Virus genome (UHGV): UHGV-0241471
Source: a virus
Length of the DNA stretch: 35,693 nt
Reading direction: 5' to 3' (one strand)
Positions 17,046 through 26,482 of the stretch are shown here, piece by piece. The notes below the pieces were generated by a model, which searched no databases, was not told the origin of the DNA, and saw only the letters and a program-made list of their open reading frames with translations. The position numbers were made by a program, and so were the translations under genes. Each line of letters starts with the position of its first letter. Position 1 is the first letter of the stretch.

Positions 17046-17241
17046 AATCCTCCCGCGAGATCTGCCCGTCGCGCAGAAGCTGGTAGGCTTTGTGTTTGTA
17101 GTACCAGTTGATAGCCAGCATCAGCACACCAATCATCAGGCCGCCCAGCGTTGAGGCATCCTTGATGGACAAATCGCCCAGCCAGGCCAGCACGACGGCG
17201 ATGCAATACGTGATAAAGGCGCTGATTCGCTCAAGCGTCAT
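17026..17241 (-). CDS. Holin
   Basis: 71-aa protein with two hydrophobic helices and charged C-terminus, directly upstream of endolysin. Confidence 0.7.
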   Translation of the reverse strand: MTLERISAFITYCIAVVLAWLGDLSIKDASTLGGLMIGVLMLAINWYYKHKAYQLLRDGQISREDYESINR

Positions 17242-17244
17242 AAT

Positions 17245-17445
17245 TCAGTCCCATAGCTGGACGGTCTGCACGGTGGTGGTCGGAATGTCCGGCAGCTCCA
17301 CCTGCAGCCCGTGAGGTAAAAAGGGGCCGTGTTCGGCAAGCCCCGGATTTGCCTTCAGTACCTGCTCCGTGACACCCTGTGTACGCCCGTAATGACGCCA
17401 GCAAAGCGCGTCCACCGTGTCATACTGATGCGCACGTACTTTCAT
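17245..17445 (-). CDS. Tail protein, P2 gpX-like
   Basis: 66-aa ORF in conserved position. Confidence 0.7.
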   Translation of the reverse strand: MKVRAHQYDTVDALCWRHYGRTQGVTEQVLKANPGLAEHGPFLPHGLQVELPDIPTTTVQTVQLWD

Positions 17446-17909
17446 CAGATAAGCTCCACTGTGCAGTGCGGCGCATCCTGCACCCGGCTGACGGCCCAGC
17501 GGGCGTCACGCCACAAATCACCGCTGGCTTCTGCCAGTTCTTCACCTCGCTTCACACCGGATGCCGTGGCGTCATAGTCCTGATATCGTTCGTTGAGCAT
17601 GGCGCGTGCCCAGCAGTAAACCGCGTTGAAATAGTGCTGAATGCGCTCACTTTTCCCGTCCAGCTGTTCTGCCGGAACCTCTGCCAGCGAGGCATACCCC
17701 AGCATCTGCTGGCGTCTGCGAAACTCATACAGCTCTGCGTTGACCTCCGAAATTGCCGACAGCGCAACCTGCTTTAAACGCGGCTGCGTCACCGTGCCGT
17801 CAGTGCGCATCACGCTGCGAAACTCCGACAGGTCCACATCAGGCCAGAACGGCGTATTTCTGATGATTTCCGCCTGTTCCGGTGCCTGTTCTGGCGCAAC
17901 AAACTTCAT
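17445..17909 (-). CDS. Head completion protein, P2 gpL-like (start at MKFVAPEQ)
   Basis: Conserved order M-L-X; internal Met chosen over ORF-track start. Confidence 0.75.
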   Translation of the reverse strand: MKFVAPEQAPEQAEIIRNTPFWPDVDLSEFRSVMRTDGTVTQPRLKQVALSAISEVNAELYEFRRRQQMLGYASLAEVPAEQLDGKSERIQHYFNAVYCWARAMLNERYQDYDATASGVKRGEELAEASGDLWRDARWAVSRVQDAPHCTVELI

Positions 17910-18004
17910 GCTGCTTTCTCCTGAAATAGAGGGCGGTGGACGGGGTTTTGATGTGGCGGTGCCTTTCGCCACCCCGTGCCGCCCGTGCGCGGGGGCACGT
18001 TCTG

Positions 18005-18655
18005 TCAGCGGCTGTCATTGCGCAGTCTGCGCTCCAGCTGCTGTTTGTCTTTTTTCACGCCACAGCGGGGATCGAGCTGTAACGCATGGTTGAGATGATT
18101 AAGGGCGGAAGCCGGATTGCTTTCACTCAGGACAGCGCCAATCGCTTTATGCAGACGCGCCCGTGACTGGTCCGGCATATCCAGACCGTCTGTCAGCTCC
18201 AGCGTCTGCAGCAACAGATCGGCATCAAAGCCGGTGGCGGCAAGCATTGCGCTCTGCGCTGCATCTGCCATTTCCTCTGCCAGCACGGTCTGCACGTTGC
18301 GGTTACCCAGCGGCATCACCCAGCCATGACGCAGGGCATGACGCCCGATATCCAGCGCCCCGGCATAATCTCCGGCATCAATGCGCCACAGCATCACGTA
18401 CATCAGCACGTCATCCTGTTGAGCGCCTCCGGCAGCCAGGACGCCCTCCGCCCAGGCGGCATATTTCGGCAGCAGCTCCACCTTTATTTCCGCTTTTTTG
18501 ACCGTGGACTGAACGCCCTTGAGACGGCGGCGGTCTTCCGCCAGTTGCAGCAGCATCAGGTCATAGCCCGACGCGTGGCGAACACTGCCGCCCTCACGGG
18601 CGGCCTGTTCAGCCTGAACGCGCAGGCGATGCTGCCGTGCGGGACTCAGGCTCAT
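18005..18655 (-). CDS. Terminase small (endonuclease) subunit, P2 gpM-like
   Basis: 216-aa ORF, conserved order N-M. Confidence 0.8.
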   Translation of the reverse strand: MSLSPARQHRLRVQAEQAAREGGSVRHASGYDLMLLQLAEDRRRLKGVQSTVKKAEIKVELLPKYAAWAEGVLAAGGAQQDDVLMYVMLWRIDAGDYAGALDIGRHALRHGWVMPLGNRNVQTVLAEEMADAAQSAMLAATGFDADLLLQTLELTDGLDMPDQSRARLHKAIGAVLSESNPASALNHLNHALQLDPRCGVKKDKQQLERRLRNDSR

Positions 18656-18658
18656 GGG

Positions 18659-19717
18659 TTACGCTCCGGTTTCTGCTGCAGCGGCGCTGAAATCGCCAAT
18701 CTGGATGTTTTCCACCAGTGCAGCGCAGCGGTAGTCCTCAACCACATAGGCTTCGTTAACGGATTCAAAATTTTCAATCCGGTCACGTTTCGGGTTGTCG
18801 ATAACTGAACGACGGCGAGTGTCTTCCTGCCAGTAGATGGACAGGTTATCCAGACGGGTGATCAGCAATGCATTCGGCGGGAAGAACGGCGCACGCACGG
18901 CCTGCAGGCCCCCCATACGTTTCTGGCTGATGATCATATCGGCAGCCAGTTTTTCACTGTTTTCCTGCTCTTTGTTGACCAGCGGGAAATACTTGTCAGA
19001 CAGCAGTTCACGCCCGCAAATCACCACCAGATCGTCATCGTCCTGGTAGACAACGTCAATAAGCTCATTGACGGCATCCATCACCACGGCGTCCAGGTTG
19101 GCATATTCGCCCCCTTTCCCGACTTTCACCGCACCCGGTGTGGTTTCACCGCCCGTGGTGGTGCTGCCCATGACGTGATCCGGTGCATCCTCACGGATTT
19201 TCTGTAACCAGCCTTTGTTCACATCCTGCAGCAGCGGGTTTTCGCTACGGTTGGAGGTTTTCGCACGCTTCACGCCGTTAAAGCCGATCATGATGCGGTC
19301 CAGTGCCTGACGTTTCACGATGGCGTCACGAATACGCACCTGGAAATCCTGAAACTTCGCCCACAGGTCCAGCTTCGCGTAGGTCAGTACCGTGTCAAAG
19401 TTGGTCTGCTCGCATTTGTATTCCACATCGACCATCAGCGTCGGATCGACAGGTTCACGCTCTTTCGCGGTGGTGTCAGTGGTTCCGGCAATGGTGCTGC
19501 CAACACCCAACCCCAGCAGCTGACCGGACTGCTCAGTCACTGGCGTGACGTTAATCAGCGTCAGGAAAGCGGCGGACTGCTGGATCTGGTCTTCCAGCGT
19601 CTGCTGCACGGACGGCTCCACGGTGAACTTGCTGGACAGCTCTTCAACTGCCACACCGTTCAGACGCGCCAGCTGCTGCAGGTAAGCGTTAAAAGCAAAG
19701 CGGGTATTCTTCTTCAT
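18659..19717 (-). CDS. Major capsid protein, P2 gpN-like
   Basis: 352-aa ORF, conserved order O-N. Confidence 0.9.
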   Translation of the reverse strand: MKKNTRFAFNAYLQQLARLNGVAVEELSSKFTVEPSVQQTLEDQIQQSAAFLTLINVTPVTEQSGQLLGLGVGSTIAGTTDTTAKEREPVDPTLMVDVEYKCEQTNFDTVLTYAKLDLWAKFQDFQVRIRDAIVKRQALDRIMIGFNGVKRAKTSNRSENPLLQDVNKGWLQKIREDAPDHVMGSTTTGGETTPGAVKVGKGGEYANLDAVVMDAVNELIDVVYQDDDDLVVICGRELLSDKYFPLVNKEQENSEKLAADMIISQKRMGGLQAVRAPFFPPNALLITRLDNLSIYWQEDTRRRSVIDNPKRDRIENFESVNEAYVVEDYRCAALVENIQIGDFSAAAAETGA

Positions 19718-19733
19718 CAGGTTTTGTGCTCCA

Positions 19734-20567
19734 TCAGCAATTGGTCAGAGTGTCAGCGGGGGCGTTACCGCCTGTTGCACGCTGGCGGTAGTCCTGGCGG
19801 CTGTCTTCTTGACTCAGCTTATTCACCAGTTCGTTAAAGGCGGTCTGCTGTGCCTGCAGGGCAGTCTCCAGCTCAGACAGGCGTTCTTCCTGCTCAGACA
19901 GGGATTTTTCGGTGCGCACGCTCAGGTTTTGCTGCTCAGTGGCGACCAGCTCCACGGCCTTATGCACATCAGAGAATCGGGCATCATCGGACTGCTCTTT
20001 TTTGGTGAACAGCGCCGTGACGCGGGCAAACAGGGACGGTTTGTCATCCTGGATTTCTTCCAGTTCGATCACCGTTTCCTCTGCAGCGGTAAAGAGATTG
20101 GCAGGATTCTGCTTGCGGTTTGCCAGCGGGTTATGGGCTGCACTGGCGCTGAATGTCAGCATTTCCGTACCCAGACTGGCGGGATCATCAGTGGCAGCCA
20201 GGCCGACCAGGTAGGCTTTGCCCGTATCAGCAAACTTCGGGCTGACTTCCATAGAGGTGAATAATTTCTGTCCTTTTTTCACCAGTTCCACCAGGGACTC
20301 CGTTGGCTCAACGTCGGCATACAGCGCCATCTTGCCTGCCAGCGGGCCTTCCGTGATTTCTTCAGCAAACAGCGCCGTCACCTTGCCGTAGCGGTTAAAG
20401 GTGCTGTCCGGCAGATAAGACTTGATGTGCTCAAGGTTAATCAGCGCGGTATACACCGCCGGGTTGTAGCTGGCTGCCATCTGTTCCAGCCATTCACGCT
20501 GGATTTCGCGTCCGTCGGTAGTGGCACCTTCCACCCCGATGCGAAAACGCTTTGCTTTCACTGTCAT
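19734..20567 (-). CDS. Capsid scaffolding protein, P2 gpO-like
   Basis: 277-aa ORF with coiled-coil C-terminus, divergent from terminase gene. Confidence 0.85.
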   Translation of the reverse strand: MTVKAKRFRIGVEGATTDGREIQREWLEQMAASYNPAVYTALINLEHIKSYLPDSTFNRYGKVTALFAEEITEGPLAGKMALYADVEPTESLVELVKKGQKLFTSMEVSPKFADTGKAYLVGLAATDDPASLGTEMLTFSASAAHNPLANRKQNPANLFTAAEETVIELEEIQDDKPSLFARVTALFTKKEQSDDARFSDVHKAVELVATEQQNLSVRTEKSLSEQEERLSELETALQAQQTAFNELVNKLSQEDSRQDYRQRATGGNAPADTLTNC

Positions 20568-20645
20568 GAGCCGTGCTCCGTTAGAAAAAACTTACTGGAG
20601 CCTTATGGTTGCGGTGATCGGGGCAGTGAAACAATGCGCGGTATT

Positions 20646-20663
20646 TGTACCGACAACCACACA
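20646..20663. promoter_or_regulatory. Ogr-type late promoter element TGT-N12-ACA in the O/P divergent region
   Basis: TGTaccgacaaccacACA read directly; spacing fits the leftward capsid operon. Confidence 0.5.
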
Positions 20664-20709
20664 AACCGCAGGCGGAGAAAGCCTTTATTCAAGGCTGTAG
20701 GTTTGTGCC

Positions 20710-22476
20710 ATGAACACCACACTGACACCCGCAGATCTCGATCCCCGTCGGCAGGCCATGCTGCTGTACTTTCAGGGATACCGCGTAGCCCGCATTGCTG
20801 AAATGCTGGGCGAGAAAGTTGCAACCGTTCACAGCTGGAAAAAACGCGACAAGTGGGGTGACTATGGGCCGCTGGACCAGATGCAGCTCACCACCGCCGC
20901 ACGCTACTGCCAGCTCATCATGAAGGAGCACAAAGAAGGGAAAGATTTCAAAGAGATTGACCTGCTGGCGCGCCAGTCGGAACGCCACGCGCGGATCGGC
21001 AAGTTTAACAATGGCGGCAACGAAGCCGACTTAAACCCTAACGTCGCCAACCGTAACAAAGGCCCGCGCCGTCAGCCGGAAAAGAATGTTTTCACCGATG
21101 AGCAGATTGAGAAGCTGGAAGAAATCTTCCATTCCTCCATGTTCAACTACCAGCGCCACTGGTGGGAAGCCGGAAAAACCAACCGCATCCGGAACCTGCT
21201 GAAGTCACGCCAGATCGGCGCGACCTTTTACTTTGCCCGTGAAGCCCTGATTGACGCCCTGCTTACCGGACGTAACCAGATTTTCCTTTCCGCCAGCAAG
21301 GCACAGGCCCACGTCTTTAAGCAGTACATCATCGACTTCGCCAAAGAAGTGGAGGTGGAGTTGAAAGGCGATCCGATGGTGCTTCCTAACGGGGCCACGC
21401 TTTACTTCCTCGGCACCAATGCCCGCACGGCCCAGAGTTATCACGGCAACCTGTATCTGGATGAATATTTCTGGATACCGAAATTCCAGGAGCTGCGCAA
21501 AGTGGCTTCCGGTATGGCTATTCACAAAAAATGGCGACAAACCTATTTTTCCACGCCATCCAGCCTGACACACAGTGCTTATCCGTTCTGGTCCGGTGCG
21601 CTGTTCAACCGTGGGCGCAACAAGGCCGACAAGGTGGACATCGACCTGTCCCACAGCAATCTGGCCCCCGGTCTGCTGTGCGCAGACGGGCAATACCGCC
21701 AGATAGTCACCGTGGAAGATGCGGTGCGCGGCGGCTGTAACCTGTTCGACCTTGACCAGTTGCGCATGGAGTACAGCCCGGACGAATACCAGAACCTGCT
21801 GATGTGCGAGTTTGTGGACGATCTCGCGTCCGTGTTCCCGCTCAGCGAGCTGCAGGCGTGCATGGTGGACAGTTGGGAAGTCTGGACCGACTTTCATGCT
21901 CTGGCCCTGCGCCCGTTTGGCTGGCGCGAAGTGTGGATCGGTTATGACCCGGCAAAAGGTACGCAAAACGGCGACAGCGCCGGGTGCGTGGTGGTGGCTC
22001 CGCCAGCCGTGCCGGGCGGTAAGTTCCGCATTCTTGAGCGTCACCAGTGGCGCGGGATGGACTTCCGTGCCCAGGCGGACGCCATCAAAAAACTGACTGA
22101 ACAGTACAACGTGACCTATATCGGTATCGACTCGACAGGTGTCGGTCACGGGGTTTATGAGAACGTAAAAGCGTTCTTTCCTGCCGTCCGGGAGTTTGTC
22201 TACAACCCCAACGTTAAAAACGCCCTGGTACTCAAGGCCTACGACATTATCAGCCACCGCCGTCTGGAGTTTGACGCCGGGCACACCGACATTGCGCAGT
22301 CCTTTATGGCAATCCGTCGCGCCACCACCGCCAGCGGCAACCGCCCAACCTATGAAGCCAGCCGCAGCGAAGAAGCCAGCCATGCCGATCTGGCCTGGGC
22401 AACAATGCACGCACTGTTTAACGAACCGCTGCAGGGCGAATCCGCCAATACCAGCAATATTGTGGAGATTTTTTGA
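20710..22476 (+). CDS. Terminase large (ATPase) subunit, P2 gpP-like
   Basis: 588-aa ORF; deviant Walker A SRQIGAT and Walker B LYLDEY seen in translation. Confidence 0.9.
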   Translation: MNTTLTPADLDPRRQAMLLYFQGYRVARIAEMLGEKVATVHSWKKRDKWGDYGPLDQMQLTTAARYCQLIMKEHKEGKDFKEIDLLARQSERHARIGKFNNGGNEADLNPNVANRNKGPRRQPEKNVFTDEQIEKLEEIFHSSMFNYQRHWWEAGKTNRIRNLLKSRQIGATFYFAREALIDALLTGRNQIFLSASKAQAHVFKQYIIDFAKEVEVELKGDPMVLPNGATLYFLGTNARTAQSYHGNLYLDEYFWIPKFQELRKVASGMAIHKKWRQTYFSTPSSLTHSAYPFWSGALFNRGRNKADKVDIDLSHSNLAPGLLCADGQYRQIVTVEDAVRGGCNLFDLDQLRMEYSPDEYQNLLMCEFVDDLASVFPLSELQACMVDSWEVWTDFHALALRPFGWREVWIGYDPAKGTQNGDSAGCVVVAPPAVPGGKFRILERHQWRGMDFRAQADAIKKLTEQYNVTYIGIDSTGVGHGVYENVKAFFPAVREFVYNPNVKNALVLKAYDIISHRRLEFDAGHTDIAQSFMAIRRATTASGNRPTYEASRSEEASHADLAWATMHALFNEPLQGESANTSNIVEIF

Positions 22477-23201
22477 TGCCCCCAATCCCAACTAACCTCA
22501 TGACTATCGCGGGACTTCCGGTGGATAGCTCTTTCTTTGCTTACCAGTATGAGTGGAACACTAGCCCAAAGAGTAGAAACCGTGTACTCACAAAAATGCG
22601 CCAGGCAGGCGCGAATTTCTTTTTTTCCTATGAAGCCCTGAACGATGCACTGCATACCGGGCGTAACCAGATTTTCCTCTGCTGCAGCACAGCATCTGCC
22701 CTGACAGTCAAAACCTATATGTCAGCCTTTATAGATCAGGCCGCAACCTGGACACACCTTGGGAAAATAAAATCAGGTAAAGCGCATCTGGAACTACCTA
22801 ACGGTGCGGTCATTTATTTTATCGGGCCGAAAAGTCTCGCCGCCGCGCTCCATGGAAACGTCTATGTGTCAGAGTATGCCTGGGCGGACTCCCCGAAAAA
22901 TATGATTGCGCTCGCCAAAAGCCTGTCCATGCACGCGCGCTATCACGCTACCTACTACACCACCCCAAGCCCCAGCCCGGAAGCATGGCGGGAATACAAG
23001 AAGCTGATTGCCCGCAACAGCACAACCAGCATGATTTTTACCGCTGATGACGCTGCAGCATCCGGGGCAACGCTCGCAACCGGAGCCGCGCTCTTTGATG
23101 ATGAATGGCTTAATGACATGAAAAAAGAGTTATCAGCAGAGGACTGGAAAATGCTGTTTATGTGCGAATGGCCCCAGACTGACAAGGAGCAGGCGGCATG
23201 A
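22476..23201 (+). CDS. Truncated, divergent terminase-ATPase-domain paralogue inserted between terminase and portal
   Basis: 241 aa; by-eye alignment to gpP residues about 125-345 (e.g. ALNDALHTGRNQIFL vs ALIDALLTGRNQIFL; TYYTTPSPS vs TYFSTPSSL; LFMCEW vs LLMCEF); TGATG overlap with P stop and ATGA overlap with Q start. Confidence 0.6.
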   Translation: MPPIPTNLMTIAGLPVDSSFFAYQYEWNTSPKSRNRVLTKMRQAGANFFFSYEALNDALHTGRNQIFLCCSTASALTVKTYMSAFIDQAATWTHLGKIKSGKAHLELPNGAVIYFIGPKSLAAALHGNVYVSEYAWADSPKNMIALAKSLSMHARYHATYYTTPSPSPEAWREYKKLIARNSTTSMIFTADDAAASGATLATGAALFDDEWLNDMKKELSAEDWKMLFMCEWPQTDKEQAA

Positions 23202-24238
23202 GCAAACGTAAAAACAAGAATAACCGCGCAGCAGTAGATCACAACCCAAATTCAGGCGGTGCTGCGGCAGAGGCGTTCAGCTTTGGCGACCCGGTGCCGG
23301 TGTTAGACCGACGCGAATTGCTGGACTACGTGGAATGCGTGCAGATGGATCGCTGGTATGAACCGCCGGTGAGCTTTGACGGACTGGCGCGGACCTATCG
23401 CGCCGCCGTGCATCACAGCTCACCGATTGCCGTTAAGCGTGACATTCTCAGCAGTACCTATATCCCGCACCGCCTGCTCAGCCAGCAGGCTTTTGCCCGT
23501 TTCGTCCAGGATTATCTGGTGTTCGGTAACGCCTATCTGGAAAAGCGCACCAACCGGCTCGGCAGCGTTCTCTCGCTGGAGCCAGCACTGGCGAAGTACA
23601 CACGGCGCGGCGTGGATCTCGACACCTACTGGTTTGTGCAGTATGGCATGACCACGCAGCCCTATGAATTTACGCAGGGCAACATCTTTCATCTGCTGGA
23701 ACCGGATATTAATCAGGAGATTTACGGGCTGCCCGGCTATCTCTCCGCCATCCCGTCAACCCTGCTCAACGAGTCAGCAACGCTGTTTCGCCGGAAGTAT
23801 TACATCAACGGCAGCCACGCGGGTTTCATCATGTACATGACCGACGCAGCACAGAATCAGGAGGACGTGAACAATATCCGCCAGGCAATGAAAAGCGCCA
23901 AAGGGCCGGGCAACTTCCGCAACCTGTTTATGTATTCGCCCAACGGTAAAAAGGACGGCATCCAGATAATCCCGTTGTCGGAAGTTGCGGCAAAGGATGA
24001 ATTTCTGAACATCAAGAACGTGAGCCGTGATGACATGATGGCTGCTCACCGCGTGCCGCCGCAGATGATGGGCATCATTCCCAACAATACCGGCGGCTTT
24101 GGTGATGTGGAAAAGGCCAGCCGCGTCTTTGTCCGCAACGAGCTGATGCCGCTGCAGAAGCGACTGCAGGAGCTTAACGACTGGCTGGGCGAAGAAGTGA
24201 TCCGCTTTGAGCCCTACACCTTAGATATTGAAAACTAA
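23198..24238 (+). CDS. Portal protein, P2 gpQ-like
   Basis: 346-aa ORF, conserved position next to terminase. Confidence 0.9.
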   Translation: MSKRKNKNNRAAVDHNPNSGGAAAEAFSFGDPVPVLDRRELLDYVECVQMDRWYEPPVSFDGLARTYRAAVHHSSPIAVKRDILSSTYIPHRLLSQQAFARFVQDYLVFGNAYLEKRTNRLGSVLSLEPALAKYTRRGVDLDTYWFVQYGMTTQPYEFTQGNIFHLLEPDINQEIYGLPGYLSAIPSTLLNESATLFRRKYYINGSHAGFIMYMTDAAQNQEDVNNIRQAMKSAKGPGNFRNLFMYSPNGKKDGIQIIPLSEVAAKDEFLNIKNVSRDDMMAAHRVPPQMMGIIPNNTGGFGDVEKASRVFVRNELMPLQKRLQELNDWLGEEVIRFEPYTLDIEN

Positions 24239-24240
24239 TA

Positions 24241-24268
24241 CAGAGAGCGCTTTGCAAAGCGCCCTCTA
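24241..24268. terminator. Palindromic hairpin between convergent portal and SEFIR-like genes (putative bidirectional terminator)
   Basis: Perfect palindrome GCGCTTTGCAAAGCGC (24247-24262) flanked by T-rich runs on both strands. Confidence 0.5.
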
Positions 24269-24272
24269 ATTT

Positions 24273-25706
24273 TCATTCAATACTATCTAGACGACTAACA
24301 TTCATTTTATTGAGAAAGTCTCTATTAAAACCGAAATGATACCAGTTACTAGTATTTCGCTGGGCCTCACCCTCTGTCAGCTTTTGAGCCAAAAGTTTAC
24401 TGTCATCGATTCCGGTAATAACTGCAATACTCTTGAATCCTCTATGCTGTATTGCTCTTGTAAATAGAGGATATTTCTCATAGTGCCCGGAATACAACAA
24501 CATTTGCGGGTACCAAAAAATACCGGGATTAATGAAGGATATCATAAGAGCAACAAGATCAGCTTGTTTCAAATCATCGAAAGACACATCATCTCTAGTT
24601 GCACTTTGCTTTACTAACTCAGCAACAGGGGAATACAGTCGATAGTTTTCAGGGGACAATTTACTTTGAAGGTAATCAGAGCTTAAATATAACTCACTGT
24701 AATTAGCAAACTCCATTCCCGGACTGGTTATATGATCGGGTAGCAAATAAGATGTATGCAGTAATGTATGTACATGCTGGAAAGCTTCAATTTTTATTAA
24801 AGCCGCCAAAATATATAAAAACGTTTCATACGCAAAAATCTGATGGGGCAAAAACCATATTTCATTATATGAATTTACATTTTTCGGACGATTTCTAATC
24901 GCTAACATTACTTCCATAAACTGTAATAGTGCTTTGGAAAAGTCTTCGCCCTGCGTATCACCCTCAAGTAAAACCCAGTCTGTAATGGCATCCCTAACGG
25001 CAATAAGCTCTTTATGAATTTGCAAAACTTCCGCTGCAAAATCTTCAGTAGTTGGGTTTGTTACGACTTGTAGTGAGATACAATAATTTCGGCACACCTC
25101 TAAAAATTGCCTTCTGCAATCCTTTAATGTCTGCTTTTGATTTAAGACAGCTGATTTTAAAGTTTGAAATTTTGCATGAATTTCATACGTCGGTTTTGAC
25201 GTGTCTTGCTCTAAATAAACCGGAGGCTTACCTAATGGTGGCTTAGTAAATTCTGGTTTTCCATAAAGCAACCTGATTAAACGTTCCCAATTATCATTTT
25301 CTTTTTCTGGTGTTGAAAAATCAATATAGATTCTAGACTTCAGAAAGATTGGAGTATACGGCTCTCCATTATCTTTGTACTCAAATATTAATGGTATAAA
25401 TTTGGACTGCGACACGGATGAATATATTTCCTGGGAAATTATCATCGACTCAACACCGACACCATCTTTTCTTAAATCGGCTTTTTCTGAGTATTTTTTA
25501 TCACAAATGACTAAAACATGCGTAACCGTTTCATCTTGAACCATTCTTTCCATGTAATAATTTTTATCATCCCCTTCTTTCAAGTCATAAATATCTATGA
25601 CAGTTTCAACTCCATCTGCCGCCAATCGTTCAGCCATATCTTTGATATGTTGCTGATGAGTTTTACTTGACCAACTATAGGATATAAAAACTTTTGGCTG
25701 GATCAT
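24273..25706 (-). CDS. SEFIR/TIR-like domain protein (477 aa), candidate standalone anti-phage effector
   Basis: N-terminus KVFISYSWSS…IDIYD…FIPLIFEY fits the SEFIR/TIR pattern as recalled; about 300-aa helical C-terminal domain of unknown type; GGGAGG SD; visibly AT-rich versus flanks. Confidence 0.6.
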   Translation of the reverse strand: MIQPKVFISYSWSSKTHQQHIKDMAERLAADGVETVIDIYDLKEGDDKNYYMERMVQDETVTHVLVICDKKYSEKADLRKDGVGVESMIISQEIYSSVSQSKFIPLIFEYKDNGEPYTPIFLKSRIYIDFSTPEKENDNWERLIRLLYGKPEFTKPPLGKPPVYLEQDTSKPTYEIHAKFQTLKSAVLNQKQTLKDCRRQFLEVCRNYCISLQVVTNPTTEDFAAEVLQIHKELIAVRDAITDWVLLEGDTQGEDFSKALLQFMEVMLAIRNRPKNVNSYNEIWFLPHQIFAYETFLYILAALIKIEAFQHVHTLLHTSYLLPDHITSPGMEFANYSELYLSSDYLQSKLSPENYRLYSPVAELVKQSATRDDVSFDDLKQADLVALMISFINPGIFWYPQMLLYSGHYEKYPLFTRAIQHRGFKSIAVITGIDDSKLLAQKLTEGEAQRNTSNWYHFGFNRDFLNKMNVSRLDSIE

Positions 25707-25785
25707 CCTCTGCCTCCCTTAGGTTTGATGTTTGATTTATATGACAAATATTTTAACAAGTCTAGGGGTTTACCTGTTGCGCGCG

Positions 25786-25806
25786 CTCGTATCCCCGCCA
25801 CGCCTG
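25786..25806. other. Candidate cos site (cohesive-end region)
   Basis: Reverse complement reads GGCGTGGCGGGGATACGAGC, matching the first 13 nt of P2/186 cos ends as recalled; exact boundaries not determinable here. Confidence 0.35.
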
Positions 25807-26008
25807 CCCGCTTTATGTAGTGGTTTTCATGCACCTGCATGATCTACGCAAAAGCCCACCAGTTCTGGCGGGCCTTAGCAAAAACGATCCTCAAACGATC
25901 ATGCGATCTCATGCGGCATAGACATGCACTACAGAGCTAACGCCTCGCAAGGGCTCGTTGTTCAACCTTGCTGACGCCAGAAACAAGTTCAGACGCCAGC
26001 AACGTTTC

Positions 26009-26242
26009 TTAATGCAGCCAGCTGTCGTCTTCCCACACCTTCTGCATAATTTCCATTACCCGCTGCTTATCCTCATCAAGTTTTAAGCCGGTCAACTCGA
26101 TACCGTTGGCACTGCCTTTGCGAATGCGGATCGCCGTCTTGGGATACAGGGGGCGCAGATTGCGGTAAAGCTCGGATTCAAGGGCGTCCAGGGTAGACTG
26201 GCTAATCTTCTGCTCTTTATCGATCATTATTTCAATGCGCAT
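26009..26242 (-). CDS. DinI-family protein (77 aa from MRIEIMIDKEQK)
   Basis: MRIE…DALESELYRNL…DKQRVMEIMQKVWEDDSW resembles DinI; GAGGTGA SD before ATG at 26242. Confidence 0.7.
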   Translation of the reverse strand: MRIEIMIDKEQKISQSTLDALESELYRNLRPLYPKTAIRIRKGSANGIELTGLKLDEDKQRVMEIMQKVWEDDSWLH

Positions 26243-26252
26243 AAAAGTCACC

Positions 26253-26441
26253 TCAGCTGATGACATCCATTGAGCGGTTGTATTCGTGAGTTCTGATTTT
26301 TGCCATGAGTTCATCTGTCAGTTCAGAAACCCACTGCAAAGCCAGCCCCTTCTCTTCATCACTACACTCACTAGCCGCTACAAGCTTAAGAAAAAAATCA
26401 ATGCGCTGGAGCTTCAAAGACTCCAAAAAATAGTCCTGCAT
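26253..26441 (-). CDS. Small protein (62 aa) downstream of a LexA box; possible Tum-like antirepressor N-terminal module
   Basis: AGGAGG SD before ATG at 26441; LexA box about 45 bp upstream; followed directly by DinI-like ORF. Confidence 0.45.
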   Translation of the reverse strand: MQDYFLESLKLQRIDFFLKLVAASECSDEEKGLALQWVSELTDELMAKIRTHEYNRSMDVIS

Positions 26442-26482
26442 CTTTCCTCCTATGACACCACAAGCAACACTGTATGCATAGC

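Noticed and set aside
21205-22491. 428-aa - strand ORF antisense to the terminase large-subunit gene
   Set aside because: Fully contained within a confidently identified terminase gene; translation is Gly/Ala/Val-rich without recognisable motifs.
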